Origin: Veleropilina oligotropha
Lineage: Eukaryota
NCBI GenBank assembly: GCA_048128005.1
Contig: JBEUKZ010000013.1
Coordinates: forward strand, 124,001 to 188,000
Direction: 5' to 3'
DNA: 64,000 nt
Part shown: positions 45,491 through 55,300 of the stretch, piece by piece
Numbering within the stretch: position 1 is the stretch's first letter
How the letters are laid out: every line of letters starts with the position of its first letter
Notes under the pieces: model-generated
What the model was told of the DNA's origin: nothing
The model's input: only the letters and a program-made list of their open reading frames with translations
The model's database searches: none
Translations under genes and position numbers: made by a program

Positions 45491-45730
45491 CGGGGGGACT
45501 AAATACACCTCAGGGTCGGTCCAGATCCACGGACAAGACTGGTATGCCTTGTTGAACTTGATCGTGGGGCAGAGGATCACGATATGCCGGAAGACGCCTC
45601 GATACTCCCCTTCCAGCAGTTCAAGCATGAAAACCGTCTTCCCACAACCGGTCTGGCCGCAGATGATTGCGGAGTGGGGGTCCTTGGTGTGCGGAAATCG
45701 TTTAGTACAGTGCTTCGACGAATCGGCCAT
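45491..45730 (-). pseudogene. 5' half of outer packaging ATPase
   Basis: MADSSK...GQTGCGKT...VYLVPP, then runs into the TIR. Confidence 0.95.
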
Positions 45731-47003
45731 TCTCGATATTCAGCTGTGCGTCCATGATCACGAACTCGTAGACGTTCAGTGGACCGGCCGCTTCGGCTGT
45801 TTTAGTGATCTGAATAGTAATGCCTTCGCTGGCGTTCTCGACCCTCCGGCCTGACCCGTGCAACTGATCGTCGTCAGTTACCCGCATATCGATCCAGAGC
45901 GCAAATTTCTTAGTCAGAAATTCGCCCAGGGTGACGTCTGCCATCTCCAAGTCCTTTGCGACCATCGCGACCTCAGGATGCCGCTTGCTGCAGCCGGAGG
46001 CGAACATTTTCTTGGCTTCTTCCCAGATCTGGTATGTTCGCATGCCCTGGCTGTAGATTTGATTCGGGACACCCTCGATTGTGACCTCGACCTTTGTGAT
46101 CTTCGGATTATAGAAGGCCTCAGTATCGCGAGAGAATGGCGCGGCGTCTCTCGCAGGGTCCTCGAACAACAGTAGTATTCCTTTCATCGACCTCGCCGGT
46201 ACGTTCACATTCATATTCCACAACGAGTCGCTCTTGTCTAGGGTGAGCTTCCGATGCCGGAGAACACGGTCGTACAGGATTACGAGTTGACCCTGGTATT
46301 GATTTCGAATCCGTCTGGCAAGCTCGGATTGGGTTACCATGTCATATTCGAGGGATATATTGTCGATGGAATAGCTGGAACCGGAGTCGTCCGTCTCCCG
46401 GATAGTCCGGGAGTAGTCGTTGAACGTTAGCTCATACTCGAGACGGTCTCCAAGGGCGCTTTGATAGAATGGCATGTGACTTTCCAACAGCTCGAAATCC
46501 AGCGGGATGCGGAATCGGTTACCGTACGCGGCCGCGACCGCGACATCCTCAGACAGTCTAAAGGCGTCTGCCGCACCAACACGATGCTTCGTAGTGTTGT
46601 GTCCATCGCTGGTATCAATCCCCTGGTACTGGGCGTTCTTGCGCTCCCCGGTGGTCTTCCAGAGATCGCGGTAGCAGTGGTACACGTCGGAGTCGTCAAT
46701 CGACATGATCTCGTTTCCACTTATCTTTATCGTGGTCTTTCTGATCACGGCACGGCCGATATTTTGCACTACAGTCCTATTCGCATTTACCGAGGTCAGT
46801 GAGATGGTAAATGCAAGGTGGGCAGTACCTGGAACGATCACGTCATTCGCCCCGAGATTAGGGAACCGAACCAGGAGCTGCTGGTTCGGGGCAATCGTTG
46901 ATGGATTGTTTGTAATCGTGACCGACTGGCGGATGCCCTTGACTGCGAGGGGCTCACGCAGCCTGCGGTATGGATTAAGCTTGCGTCCGTATACGCTAGT
47001 CAT
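45702..47003 (-). CDS. Putative major capsid protein (outer copy)
   Basis: Translation appears identical to the inner copy. Confidence 0.7.
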   Translation of the reverse strand: MTSVYGRKLNPYRRLREPLAVKGIRQSVTITNNPSTIAPNQQLLVRFPNLGANDVIVPGTAHLAFTISLTSVNANRTVVQNIGRAVIRKTTIKISGNEIMSIDDSDVYHCYRDLWKTTGERKNAQYQGIDTSDGHNTTKHRVGAADAFRLSEDVAVAAAYGNRFRIPLDFELLESHMPFYQSALGDRLEYELTFNDYSRTIRETDDSGSSYSIDNISLEYDMVTQSELARRIRNQYQGQLVILYDRVLRHRKLTLDKSDSLWNMNVNVPARSMKGILLLFEDPARDAAPFSRDTEAFYNPKITKVEVTIEGVPNQIYSQGMRTYQIWEEAKKMFASGCSKRHPEVAMVAKDLEMADVTLGEFLTKKFALWIDMRVTDDDQLHGSGRRVENASEGITIQITKTAEAAGPLNVYEFVIMDAQLNIENGRFVEALY

Positions 47004-47039
47004 GGCTGAATTAGATGCGTATCCCACTGATGTATTCAA

Positions 47040-48353
47040 ATGGCGGAATTCGATAACCCCGCATTCGAGCCGGACGATCTCATCGACAACGATGATACCA
47101 TCATCGACGATACTGATGTGGATCTATCCACCGACCGGTTTATGCCTGTTCTTTCGGAACGGCCACAGGAAGGAACCAGCAGTCTTCAGCAAGAGCTCGT
47201 TCAGGGCGTGGTTGACGACTACTACAAAGCCCTGGCACAGGAGGGGCAGACCCCAGCCGCAGGGCGAGATTATTCAAAATTCAAGTATGTGAGGGGAAAA
47301 TTAGGGCGGGGTGGAAAATTGGTGATGACGGACTACCCCGACATCAATCTCATAAATTCTCGCACCGGCAACCCCTTGGCGTTGTCAACAATAGCTGGCC
47401 GGCCTGGTGGGGGTGATGCAATCCGTGAAGGGTTGGGTTTTGTACACTGGACGCGGGGGGGACAAAAGCCGTCCTCAAAAGCGGTTGCAGCTCTTCAGAC
47501 AGCCGACAACGAGTTGAGCGGTGCGGCCGCTAATGTCGAAAACATAGAACTGCGGGACTTGGGGCAGACTGCTACTGATGCCTCGGTAGCAATCCACACG
47601 ATGGAGACGAAATTCACTGATGCCGAGGTTGAAGAGATCTTAGGCACAATGGGGGACCCTCCATTAAATCTTCGCGAGCTTCGCGGACTTGACAAGGCGA
47701 TGCAGACCATCCGAGGCGAACTAACCAACAATCTAGCCAAACTAACGGCGCTGGACGAACACATAGAGCTGGAGAAGATGAAGCTCGATCAGGCAGATGA
47801 AGAGGGCGGTGTGGATGAGTTCATCCGTCGACGGATCGCGGAACGTCTGCGCGACCTGAATGATGAAAGAGCAGCTCGCCTAGAGGCAGCATCATCAAGC
47901 CGGGAGGCCCTTCGCTCTCAAATCAGCCGGATCCGAGAGATGATAAGTCGGATCCTGAACACCGACACAACGCTGGCCGAGCGTATCCGGACCCTGTTCC
48001 GCGAGCAAGGGGTTACGATCGCAACAATACTGACCGCTATCGGGCTCGCCATCTCGACTTTGGTACTAGCCCTGACAGGTGGAGCGCCGAGCCCGCCAAC
48101 GCCACCACCACCTCCCAGTGGTCAGGGCGGGGTCAAGGAGTGGGTCAAAAAGCAGCTGCAGAACCTGGGAAGGATTCTAGGCAAACTAGCAGGGAAGGCC
48201 GCAGCCGCGCTCCCAGGAATACTTGGAAGCCTGGTCTCCTGGCTAATCAACCTGATTGGCAAGACAGCATCGTGGCTCGCTGAAAACCTATGGGCACTGG
48301 TCATATCAGTTGGGGGCTTGCTTCTTATTGCCGCTAGACAGTGGGTCACGTAA
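47040..48353 (+). CDS. 437-aa coiled-coil / membrane-associated protein (outer)
   Basis: Homologue of 33920-35233. Confidence 0.8.
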   Translation: MAEFDNPAFEPDDLIDNDDTIIDDTDVDLSTDRFMPVLSERPQEGTSSLQQELVQGVVDDYYKALAQEGQTPAAGRDYSKFKYVRGKLGRGGKLVMTDYPDINLINSRTGNPLALSTIAGRPGGGDAIREGLGFVHWTRGGQKPSSKAVAALQTADNELSGAAANVENIELRDLGQTATDASVAIHTMETKFTDAEVEEILGTMGDPPLNLRELRGLDKAMQTIRGELTNNLAKLTALDEHIELEKMKLDQADEEGGVDEFIRRRIAERLRDLNDERAARLEAASSSREALRSQISRIREMISRILNTDTTLAERIRTLFREQGVTIATILTAIGLAISTLVLALTGGAPSPPTPPPPPSGQGGVKEWVKKQLQNLGRILGKLAGKAAAALPGILGSLVSWLINLIGKTASWLAENLWALVISVGGLLLIAARQWVT

Positions 48354-49638
48354 GCCAAATAAACGCTAGACCAACGACAATGCCGCCCACGATAAGTGCG
48401 GTTTTCTCCTCGTCATGTTTGGTTGCCCCAGCTGAAACAGCCGCCACTGAGGCCACAGCTGGCAGAGAGCTTGGATGCTTCGGAGTGACCGCATCTGCGG
48501 GTAAGACGGCGTCTTGTGGGATGACCAATCCTGTTTCTCCAGTCTCCCCAGTGGCGTTGAGCGGCACAGGATTGGCCGCGTTCACCGTAGTATTAAGACC
48601 GAGTGTCTGGTCTTCCGTGGCGACGACGATCTCATTGTTATAACCAGCCACCTGCCCGATCCGTAGAAGCATGTTACTTGGCGCCATGTACAGGCCGACG
48701 CCGAATACGAAGTCTACTTTAGACCTCGCATACTGGAGCACCTCTTGGTACCGTTTGATGGCTGCTGGGAGGTCAACGGGGGATGCGATGGCGTCTTCCA
48801 CGTTCGCCAGGAACTGTTTCTGTGCGTCAAACGCCGTCCCACTACCCAGAATACTTGCACGCGTTTGAGCCTGCGCTCCAAGAATAGCCCAGACGTAGGT
48901 CCTGATGGAATCATTGAGCCTTTCCACGCCGGCCCTCGTGAATCCCACCGACCTGTCCAGAATAAAAGTAGCCCAACCGTTTTTAAGTGCAGGCGCTTGC
49001 GCGATGTAGTCCACGTGCAGATTCGTGTTGGTCGTACCTTTGGTGAAGGACATTCGGCTTGGATCATAGTCACGTCCGATGGGGTGGTAGCCGTTGTTCG
49101 TCCAGTAGCTGTAAGCGGTGCCTAGTCCGCCGTTGGGACCCTTGACACGCCAGTCGGTATGGGGAGACACCCCAAATTCGCTGCAGATCTTCTCATATGC
49201 CCTGCGGTCATACGGGTTGTCGAATGCATCCCACGTCCGGTCCTGTGGCAGCGGCGCCTGAATTTCGGATAAGATTCGTCTGACCTGATAGTAGACGTGG
49301 AAGGTGAATACAGCAGTGGAGAGGGGGTCGGTCGCATTTAAGTGGTCTTCTGAGGAGATTCCGGAACCTGTTGTGGCACACCAAACTGCGAAATTGACCT
49401 TGTTCTGCCAGAACCTCATCGGCGTGCTGTTCCAATCCCTTATCAGCCCGTCACTAGCGACATGAGGGAGGCGGTATTTCTGAAAGACGTCAGGGTATGT
49501 TGCCCCGAATGTAGTGGTTGAGCTATTACCCACATTGATGCTTGGTCTCGTAAGCTGCTCATCTTTGATCTTTGCTGGGTACACCACACCGGTCGGATAG
49601 GCCGCACTCCTATTAAACGCAAAGGCGCTCTTAGCCAT
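48346..49638 (-). CDS. 430-aa C-terminally anchored protein (outer)
   Basis: Homologue of 32644-33927; the stalk region differs. Confidence 0.8.
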   Translation of the reverse strand: MAKSAFAFNRSAAYPTGVVYPAKIKDEQLTRPSINVGNSSTTTFGATYPDVFQKYRLPHVASDGLIRDWNSTPMRFWQNKVNFAVWCATTGSGISSEDHLNATDPLSTAVFTFHVYYQVRRILSEIQAPLPQDRTWDAFDNPYDRRAYEKICSEFGVSPHTDWRVKGPNGGLGTAYSYWTNNGYHPIGRDYDPSRMSFTKGTTNTNLHVDYIAQAPALKNGWATFILDRSVGFTRAGVERLNDSIRTYVWAILGAQAQTRASILGSGTAFDAQKQFLANVEDAIASPVDLPAAIKRYQEVLQYARSKVDFVFGVGLYMAPSNMLLRIGQVAGYNNEIVVATEDQTLGLNTTVNAANPVPLNATGETGETGLVIPQDAVLPADAVTPKHPSSLPAVASVAAVSAGATKHDEEKTALIVGGIVVGLAFIWLT

Positions 49639-49645
49639 AGCTACT

Positions 49646-50386
49646 ATGTTTCACACATTAACAAACGTTCAAGAGGGGACCGCGGTTGCCCTCCTGGAGC
49701 CGATTGATAACCGGGACGGCAAGCTATGTGTCAGCTTGCAGTCGCTCGACTATTGGGTAGGCTGGCACAATGTGCATGCCGGAGCCTTCTTTAAGACCCC
49801 GGATACCACGGTCGACGTGGCACCAGGTTTCTACAGCTTCGATGACCTCGCCAAGACGATGAAGAGGTCGCTAGTTAACATACAGCTAGATGTAAGCCAT
49901 GCTACAGGGCTCGCCCGAATCGTGGTCCCAGAGGGGACTCGACTCGCGATAAGCGACGATATACGAAAACTCCTCGGCTTAAACCTGTCTTCGTTTATTC
50001 TCGATAAAGCAGGGAATCTGAACCCACCGGTTCGGGGAGTACAGGGCCAACCACCTCCCCCTCCGGAGAGATCCGAGTGGCTACGCCCTGGGACTTATGA
50101 CGGGAATAAGCCTGTCGGGTTTGCCATAGCGCCAACCCTGCACATCCACCTGGAGCAGCTTAGTACAACGCACAATGTGAAGGACGGCGCCCCGAGCACT
50201 ATTCTCGCGGTGGTCCCTATCACGTCGCAGATGTTCGGTGAAGCTGGCCACTATCATAGCTATCCCGCCGGCCGGCGACTACAGGCCGGGCTAATCACAG
50301 AGTTGAAGGTTTACATCACAGACTCAGATGGTAAACCGCTCGACAATCACGGTATGCCTATTTCCGCAGTCCTTGCGATACAATGA
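49646..50386 (+). CDS. Putative minor capsid (penton) protein (outer)
   Basis: Homologue of 31896-32636. Confidence 0.7.
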   Translation: MFHTLTNVQEGTAVALLEPIDNRDGKLCVSLQSLDYWVGWHNVHAGAFFKTPDTTVDVAPGFYSFDDLAKTMKRSLVNIQLDVSHATGLARIVVPEGTRLAISDDIRKLLGLNLSSFILDKAGNLNPPVRGVQGQPPPPPERSEWLRPGTYDGNKPVGFAIAPTLHIHLEQLSTTHNVKDGAPSTILAVVPITSQMFGEAGHYHSYPAGRRLQAGLITELKVYITDSDGKPLDNHGMPISAVLAIQ

Positions 50387-50732
50387 GCAGCATCTACGGG
50401 ACCCTGCTTGCAGACGAGCCCTCTTCCCCCCCGACCCGGTGGCACTTTGTCCTTAATTGTGGGGTAGCGCCCAATAAGGGGCTGGCGAGGAGGGAGTTCA
50501 TGTTTCCAAACACTAGAGGTCGGTTCGGGTTGAACCCAGCCCTTCTAATGATCCACCTGACGCCGGTCCAGCCGGCCGGGGCCCCAAGGCATGTTCCATA
50601 AGTAAACTCAGCCTGGATTCGGATAAGTTAACCCTCGCCTTTGTCATCAAGGCCCCGTGGGTCGGCACTCTGTATTTGAACGTTACAGTAGACATTTTAA
50701 ACAAACAGGCGGAACAATACAGCCACGTATGA
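50383..50732 (+). pseudogene. Frameshifted homologue of the 120-aa protein
   Basis: G4 instead of G5 near 50578-50581, plus an in-frame 12-bp deletion; could be a sequencing error. Confidence 0.6.
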
Positions 50733-51364
50733 TGGACAACAAACCCTCAGCGCCAACGCTGTACCCACAACTTGGTGGCGATGTGCCTTCGGAACTGCAT
50801 GAGGCACAGTCCTTCCGACTACAGAAAGTGAATGAGCTTCAGGGACAATTAGAACGAGAGAGGGACACACGGGCTGCATTATATAAAAAGTACCGACGAG
50901 GTGTTAACGTCGTTGACGGGATAGATAACGGGCTAGTCGTCGCCACACTTGGTATGGGTAGCGCTGGAATTGGTCTACTGTCCACAATTGTAGCCGCCCC
51001 GGTCGTCCTAGTGCTGGAACTAGCGGCATTAGGGTGTGGGCTCGCTAGTATGGGTGGAAAGTATATCAGCCGGCGCCTCGGGGTGAAGGCTAAGAAACAC
51101 GACGAGATTCGAGTCCTGGCCGACAGCAAGCTGAATACCATAACCGACCACGTCTCAAAGGCATTATCGGACGGGGTGATGTCTGATGATGAATTCCAAC
51201 TGGTCACAGGGGAGATGCAGAAATACCAAGCCATGAAGGCATCAATCCGGGATAAGAGTAGGAAGGCGCACACCGCGATTTCACAGACCCAAAGCGAGCT
51301 TATTGAGCGTGGTCGTTTAGAGGGTCGCGCAGAGCTGCTGAAAAAAATCGGAGCTGGCGACTAA
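50729..51364 (+). CDS. Hydrophobic-hairpin helical protein (outer)
   Basis: Homologue of 30905-31540. Confidence 0.8.
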   Translation: MMDNKPSAPTLYPQLGGDVPSELHEAQSFRLQKVNELQGQLERERDTRAALYKKYRRGVNVVDGIDNGLVVATLGMGSAGIGLLSTIVAAPVVLVLELAALGCGLASMGGKYISRRLGVKAKKHDEIRVLADSKLNTITDHVSKALSDGVMSDDEFQLVTGEMQKYQAMKASIRDKSRKAHTAISQTQSELIERGRLEGRAELLKKIGAGD

Positions 51365-51446
51365 CTATCCAGGTTGAGCGTAGCCACGACTACCCCGCTC
51401 CTCCCCCGTATTAAAGCTAGAAATCGACAGTGATATCTGGACAACC

Positions 51447-51863
51447 ATGAAATCCATGAAATCTATGCTACTGTGTATTGCCGCGGTGTGCTTTGCCGCG
51501 TGGGGTACCACCCAGGCGTCGTCGCGTGACACTGCATTAATTCTCGAACACACGTGGGCTAGGTACCGCAACGACCCCCTGTATAACCCCCGATTCGATC
51601 ACTTGCGAAGAAACTTGCTACGAGACCCACCTCCAGTGCGGGCACCGTCATGTCACTATTTCATTACCGATGGAGAGAACGATTGTGGCCCAGATCCTAA
51701 TATCGTTGTGTGTATTGAGTGCGCTGAGCCGTCCTTATGTCACGGTAAACGTGGGCATTATTTCTCCATGTTATCTACGGGCTGCTTCGGTATGTGGAGA
51801 AAAGTCAGACACATCTCACCCTGTAATTGTACTTTAATATCGGGCAACTATATATTCATATAA
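51447..51863 (+). CDS. Predicted secreted Cys-rich protein (138 aa, outer)
   Basis: Cys pattern shared with 30391-30822; the middle is strongly diverged. Confidence 0.7.
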   Translation: MKSMKSMLLCIAAVCFAAWGTTQASSRDTALILEHTWARYRNDPLYNPRFDHLRRNLLRDPPPVRAPSCHYFITDGENDCGPDPNIVVCIECAEPSLCHGKRGHYFSMLSTGCFGMWRKVRHISPCNCTLISGNYIFI

Positions 51864-52717
51864 ACCAGCTGATTAGGAAATCTCTTGCCTTACAATATGT
51901 CACAGCTGGTTATATAAACATTTTCCAGGTCGAAGAGAGCGACCTTTGTCCGATTTATGAATGAAATACCTCGCATCAATAAGTTACTAGTCGAACCTGG
52001 TCACGTGTAGTATTAATACAGCCTGCCGGCTGTCCATTGTTGACTATCCAGTACAGCCTCAATTACTTAAAATCATGAAACAATAGACGCCTAGTGGATT
52101 TCTCAGTGGGTAAATATAAACGCTTGGCCTATCAAGCCATGTCTTTACAAATATTTGGTCGCGCCTACGGTTCCATTGTTCTCTCCCTGCTATCAGGCTG
52201 GCTGACCTAGATTTTGTCTAACGCATTAGCAAAGAAGTCGCAAGCTGTCGTATAGGTATTTAGCTGTTGGCGAAAAAGAAAAACAACCTACTGGCATAGA
52301 TATAAAAATTTTCTGGGCCAGTCAAGAAAGATTGACCCAGATTTCTTTTTCTTGTAACCATACTCCCGTTTAGCACAGTTAATATTTTCTCGTAACCTTG
52401 TTTATGTAGTTACCGTATTTTGGTCGAGTCATTCGTCACGTGGCAATACAGCCTTCTAGAATGATCTAGAATAGACTCGATGATTCTAGAATAGACACCA
52501 AGATATCAAGCCCGAATATCACAGAGCCTGTCCGCCGACAGTCTAGACAGTTCTCGACACGGATACAAACATACACCCGGGCCCGGCCGGGGTAGTGGAC
52601 TGTCTGTACACACGGTAAGTTTTTGTAATACAAGCCCTACCCTGGGGTCCGGGAGCCTTAATTTCCCCCGCCGCGCCCCTAGTCTAACTCCCTAGCCCTC
52701 CACAGTAATACCAGCTC

Positions 52718-52880
52718 AGTTCTGAAATGGTGCTGGGCGCTGTATTTTCCCATTCTAAAAAGTCCAATCACCCCCCCTGCTGCTGAGTTGAGATCCATAT
52801 TAATTCTGAAAAAGTGCTGGGAGCCTTAATTTCCCTCGCCGCACCCCCACATAAAAGGTATGGTCACCCCCCCTGCTGCT
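52718..52880 (-). repeat. Right TIR of outer element
   Basis: Ends CCCCCCCTGCTGCT, followed by TSD CTTTC. Confidence 0.95.
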
Positions 52881-53919
52881 CTTTCTGTCCATGGAATGTT
52901 AGCGAAACATTATTTATTTTCCCGCTCGTACCCAGAGTTATCCCCCCTGCTCTCAATTAGAAAAGAGCAAGTTTTCTTTTACAATGTAGAATAGCCAAAT
53001 CACGTTTCTGCGAAGGAGAGTTGGGCGGCAAATGAAAGGACCAGGAAATTCCGCATCTATTTATAGCACAACTCATGAATACATTGATTGGTTTCAAATT
53101 TTGTAATGTTATTGTTTACAACAATAATGATAATCATGCTAATAAAGTATCAACATCATGCGAACAAACATTGTGACATTTGTCATAGTATCATAATTTA
53201 TTTTTTATACTTTTAAATTGGTATACATATTACAATAATGAATTGATACATGAACTATCATATTCACTTAGTAACAAAGATACATAAATTGGTCAGTTAT
53301 TTCCCAAGTCAAATTGGATAATGCTTTTCATAATATTATCACCTATATTACTGTGGTTAAGACACTGTGCTACGATTTATGATTGATAAATCCAGCATTC
53401 TGACATAACACAGTTCACGTTTGCTATCACTCTCCTAAAAAAATTGAGGAGAGTGGTTATCACTCTCCTGCATATTACAAACCGCAAGGCCTGCGACATG
53501 GTCCAAAACATGGCTATAGTACAGCGATGACACGGCTGGTTGGATAGAGTCGTATATCAGTCAGTTCTGGCCATGAATAATTGAACAGAATGATAATCGT
53601 ATAATGTTCATCAATTATTCAAATAGGCCTATTTGCAAGTCAAATAAAAATAACATTTGATTTAGTCCAAAGAGTAGGTTGATGTCATAATTGAACACAA
53701 CTTTTAATTTATGATCTTTATTTGGTGTTAATATATATCCATGTTTCATTTAGGCTTGTGCATTTTTACAGCAAAAAGGTGTGCAACCTGGAGTAGTAAC
53801 CGCCTTTCAAGAAAACAAGGTAACTTTCTCAAATTGAAAAGCTTAAATTGCTTTAAAATAATTATAACAAGGCAATCAGAGATTACAGACCCTCGCCTGT
53901 TGCGCTTCATCATTAGTAA

Positions 53920-54610
53920 CGGAGCAATCAGAAGATTATGTGAAAATGTGTTTTCGTGATATTTTGACACGTGTCCTTGACCTTTAACCTATATTTATTA
54001 GAAGACATTTCGAATGACACCATTTGCATCTATTTACTGTATATAGATCAGAAGTTATATGCAAAAATGCATTTTCATGACCTTTCGCCACCTGTGACTT
54101 TGACCTTTGACCTATATTCATCACAATGCTCTATACATCGAAGGCCCCATTCGAAGACCTTTTGAATGACACCTTTTGCATCTATTTACTGCATGTAAAT
54201 CAGAAGATGTTTGCAAAACGTTATTTCATGACCTTTCAACACCAGTGACCTTGATCCTTGACATATATTCATCACAATGTTATAGACATCTAAGGCGCCA
54301 CTAGAAGACCGTTCGAATGACATGTACACCATTAAATTGCATCTATTTACTGCATGTAGGTCAGAAGATATTAGCGAAAATGTTATTTCGTGACCTTGAC
54401 CATTAACCTATATTCATCACAATGTTATAGGCGCCATGTAGATCATATAGATCAGAAGATATTAGCGAAAATATTATGTTGTGACCTTTCGACTCCTGTG
54501 CCCTTGACCATTAACCTATATTCATCACAATGTTATAGGCCTATACATCAAAGGCGCCATTAGAAGACCTTTTGAATGACAACATTTGCATCTATTTTCT
54601 GCACATTTAT
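53920..54610. repeat. Diverged tandem repeat (~120-bp unit) with TGACCTTTGACC motif
   Basis: Recurrent ATCAGAAGAT...TGACCTT...CTATATTCATCACAATG...TTTGCATCTATTTACTG. Confidence 0.8.
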
Positions 54611-55300
54611 CATAAGGCTGCATACATTTAATATTTAGATTCTCAGGCACTTTTTTTCGATGAGGGAGGGAGACTTTTTTTCATTTTTATTACTGAAAAG
54701 AGGGATGAGGGAGGCTTTTTTATATATTTTTGTCCCATGACAGCAACGCTTTCGAAATTCTTCATTTTATACACGGAAAAGACAAGAAGATTAAAGCTGC
54801 TAGCAGCTGCACAGGGCTCGTTATAACCATGTTAATGTATTAATGTATCATAGCTTTACACCCAGTAATACCTACAAAGAGCCATCCTTGTGGCAAAATT
54901 CTTGGGTATTTAGGTCAATTAGAGCAAAGTAGATCATCTGAGGTCATGGTCAATGTCAAATTTGACGTTTCTTGCCGTTTCCCAAAAATGTAAAAATTAA
55001 ATTAAAAAAATTTAAATGGTAGAACTGCTGGATTGCATTGGAGGGTGCACCAATGGTAAATATTCGCTGACCGGTTTCAACCCATGGGTGGGATCTTGAC
55101 ATCAGAGGGGTGTCGTTTGGTCCGAATGTGTTCAGCATTTTATACTTTCGCTTGTTGGTGTCACTTGTCGCCATGGTGATTGTGTATATTAGCCATTTGG
55201 TATTAGCCGTTGTGGGTATATAGCCGGTCAAAATAGCCAGTCAAAAATAGACGCCCAAAATAGCATTGTGTATCACAAAACATCATTTACCTTATCACAT

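Larger units (their letters stand above)
20013..52880. mobile_element. Outer endogenous Polinton/Maverick-like virus (about 15.8 kb net of the nested copy)
   Basis: Termini AGCAGCAG...CTGCTGCT; 163-bp TIRs; TSD CTTTC at 20008-20012 and 52881-52885; integrase, PolB, ATPase and capsid-like genes. Confidence 0.95.

Noticed and set aside
20986..51863. Large inverted duplications as an assembly artefact
   Set aside because: Both copies have their own TIRs and exact 5-bp TSDs, the split ATPase rejoins perfectly, and the copies differ by many frame-preserving changes
20013..52880. Bacterial prophage or contaminant
   Set aside because: rve integrase, TSDs joined to eukaryotic repeat-rich DNA, a host retroelement inside, and no phage tail or terminase genes
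20007..52886. Canonical 6-bp TSD
   Set aside because: Flanks are ACTTTC and CTTTCT (outer), CCGGGG and CGGGGG (inner); only 5 bp are duplicated
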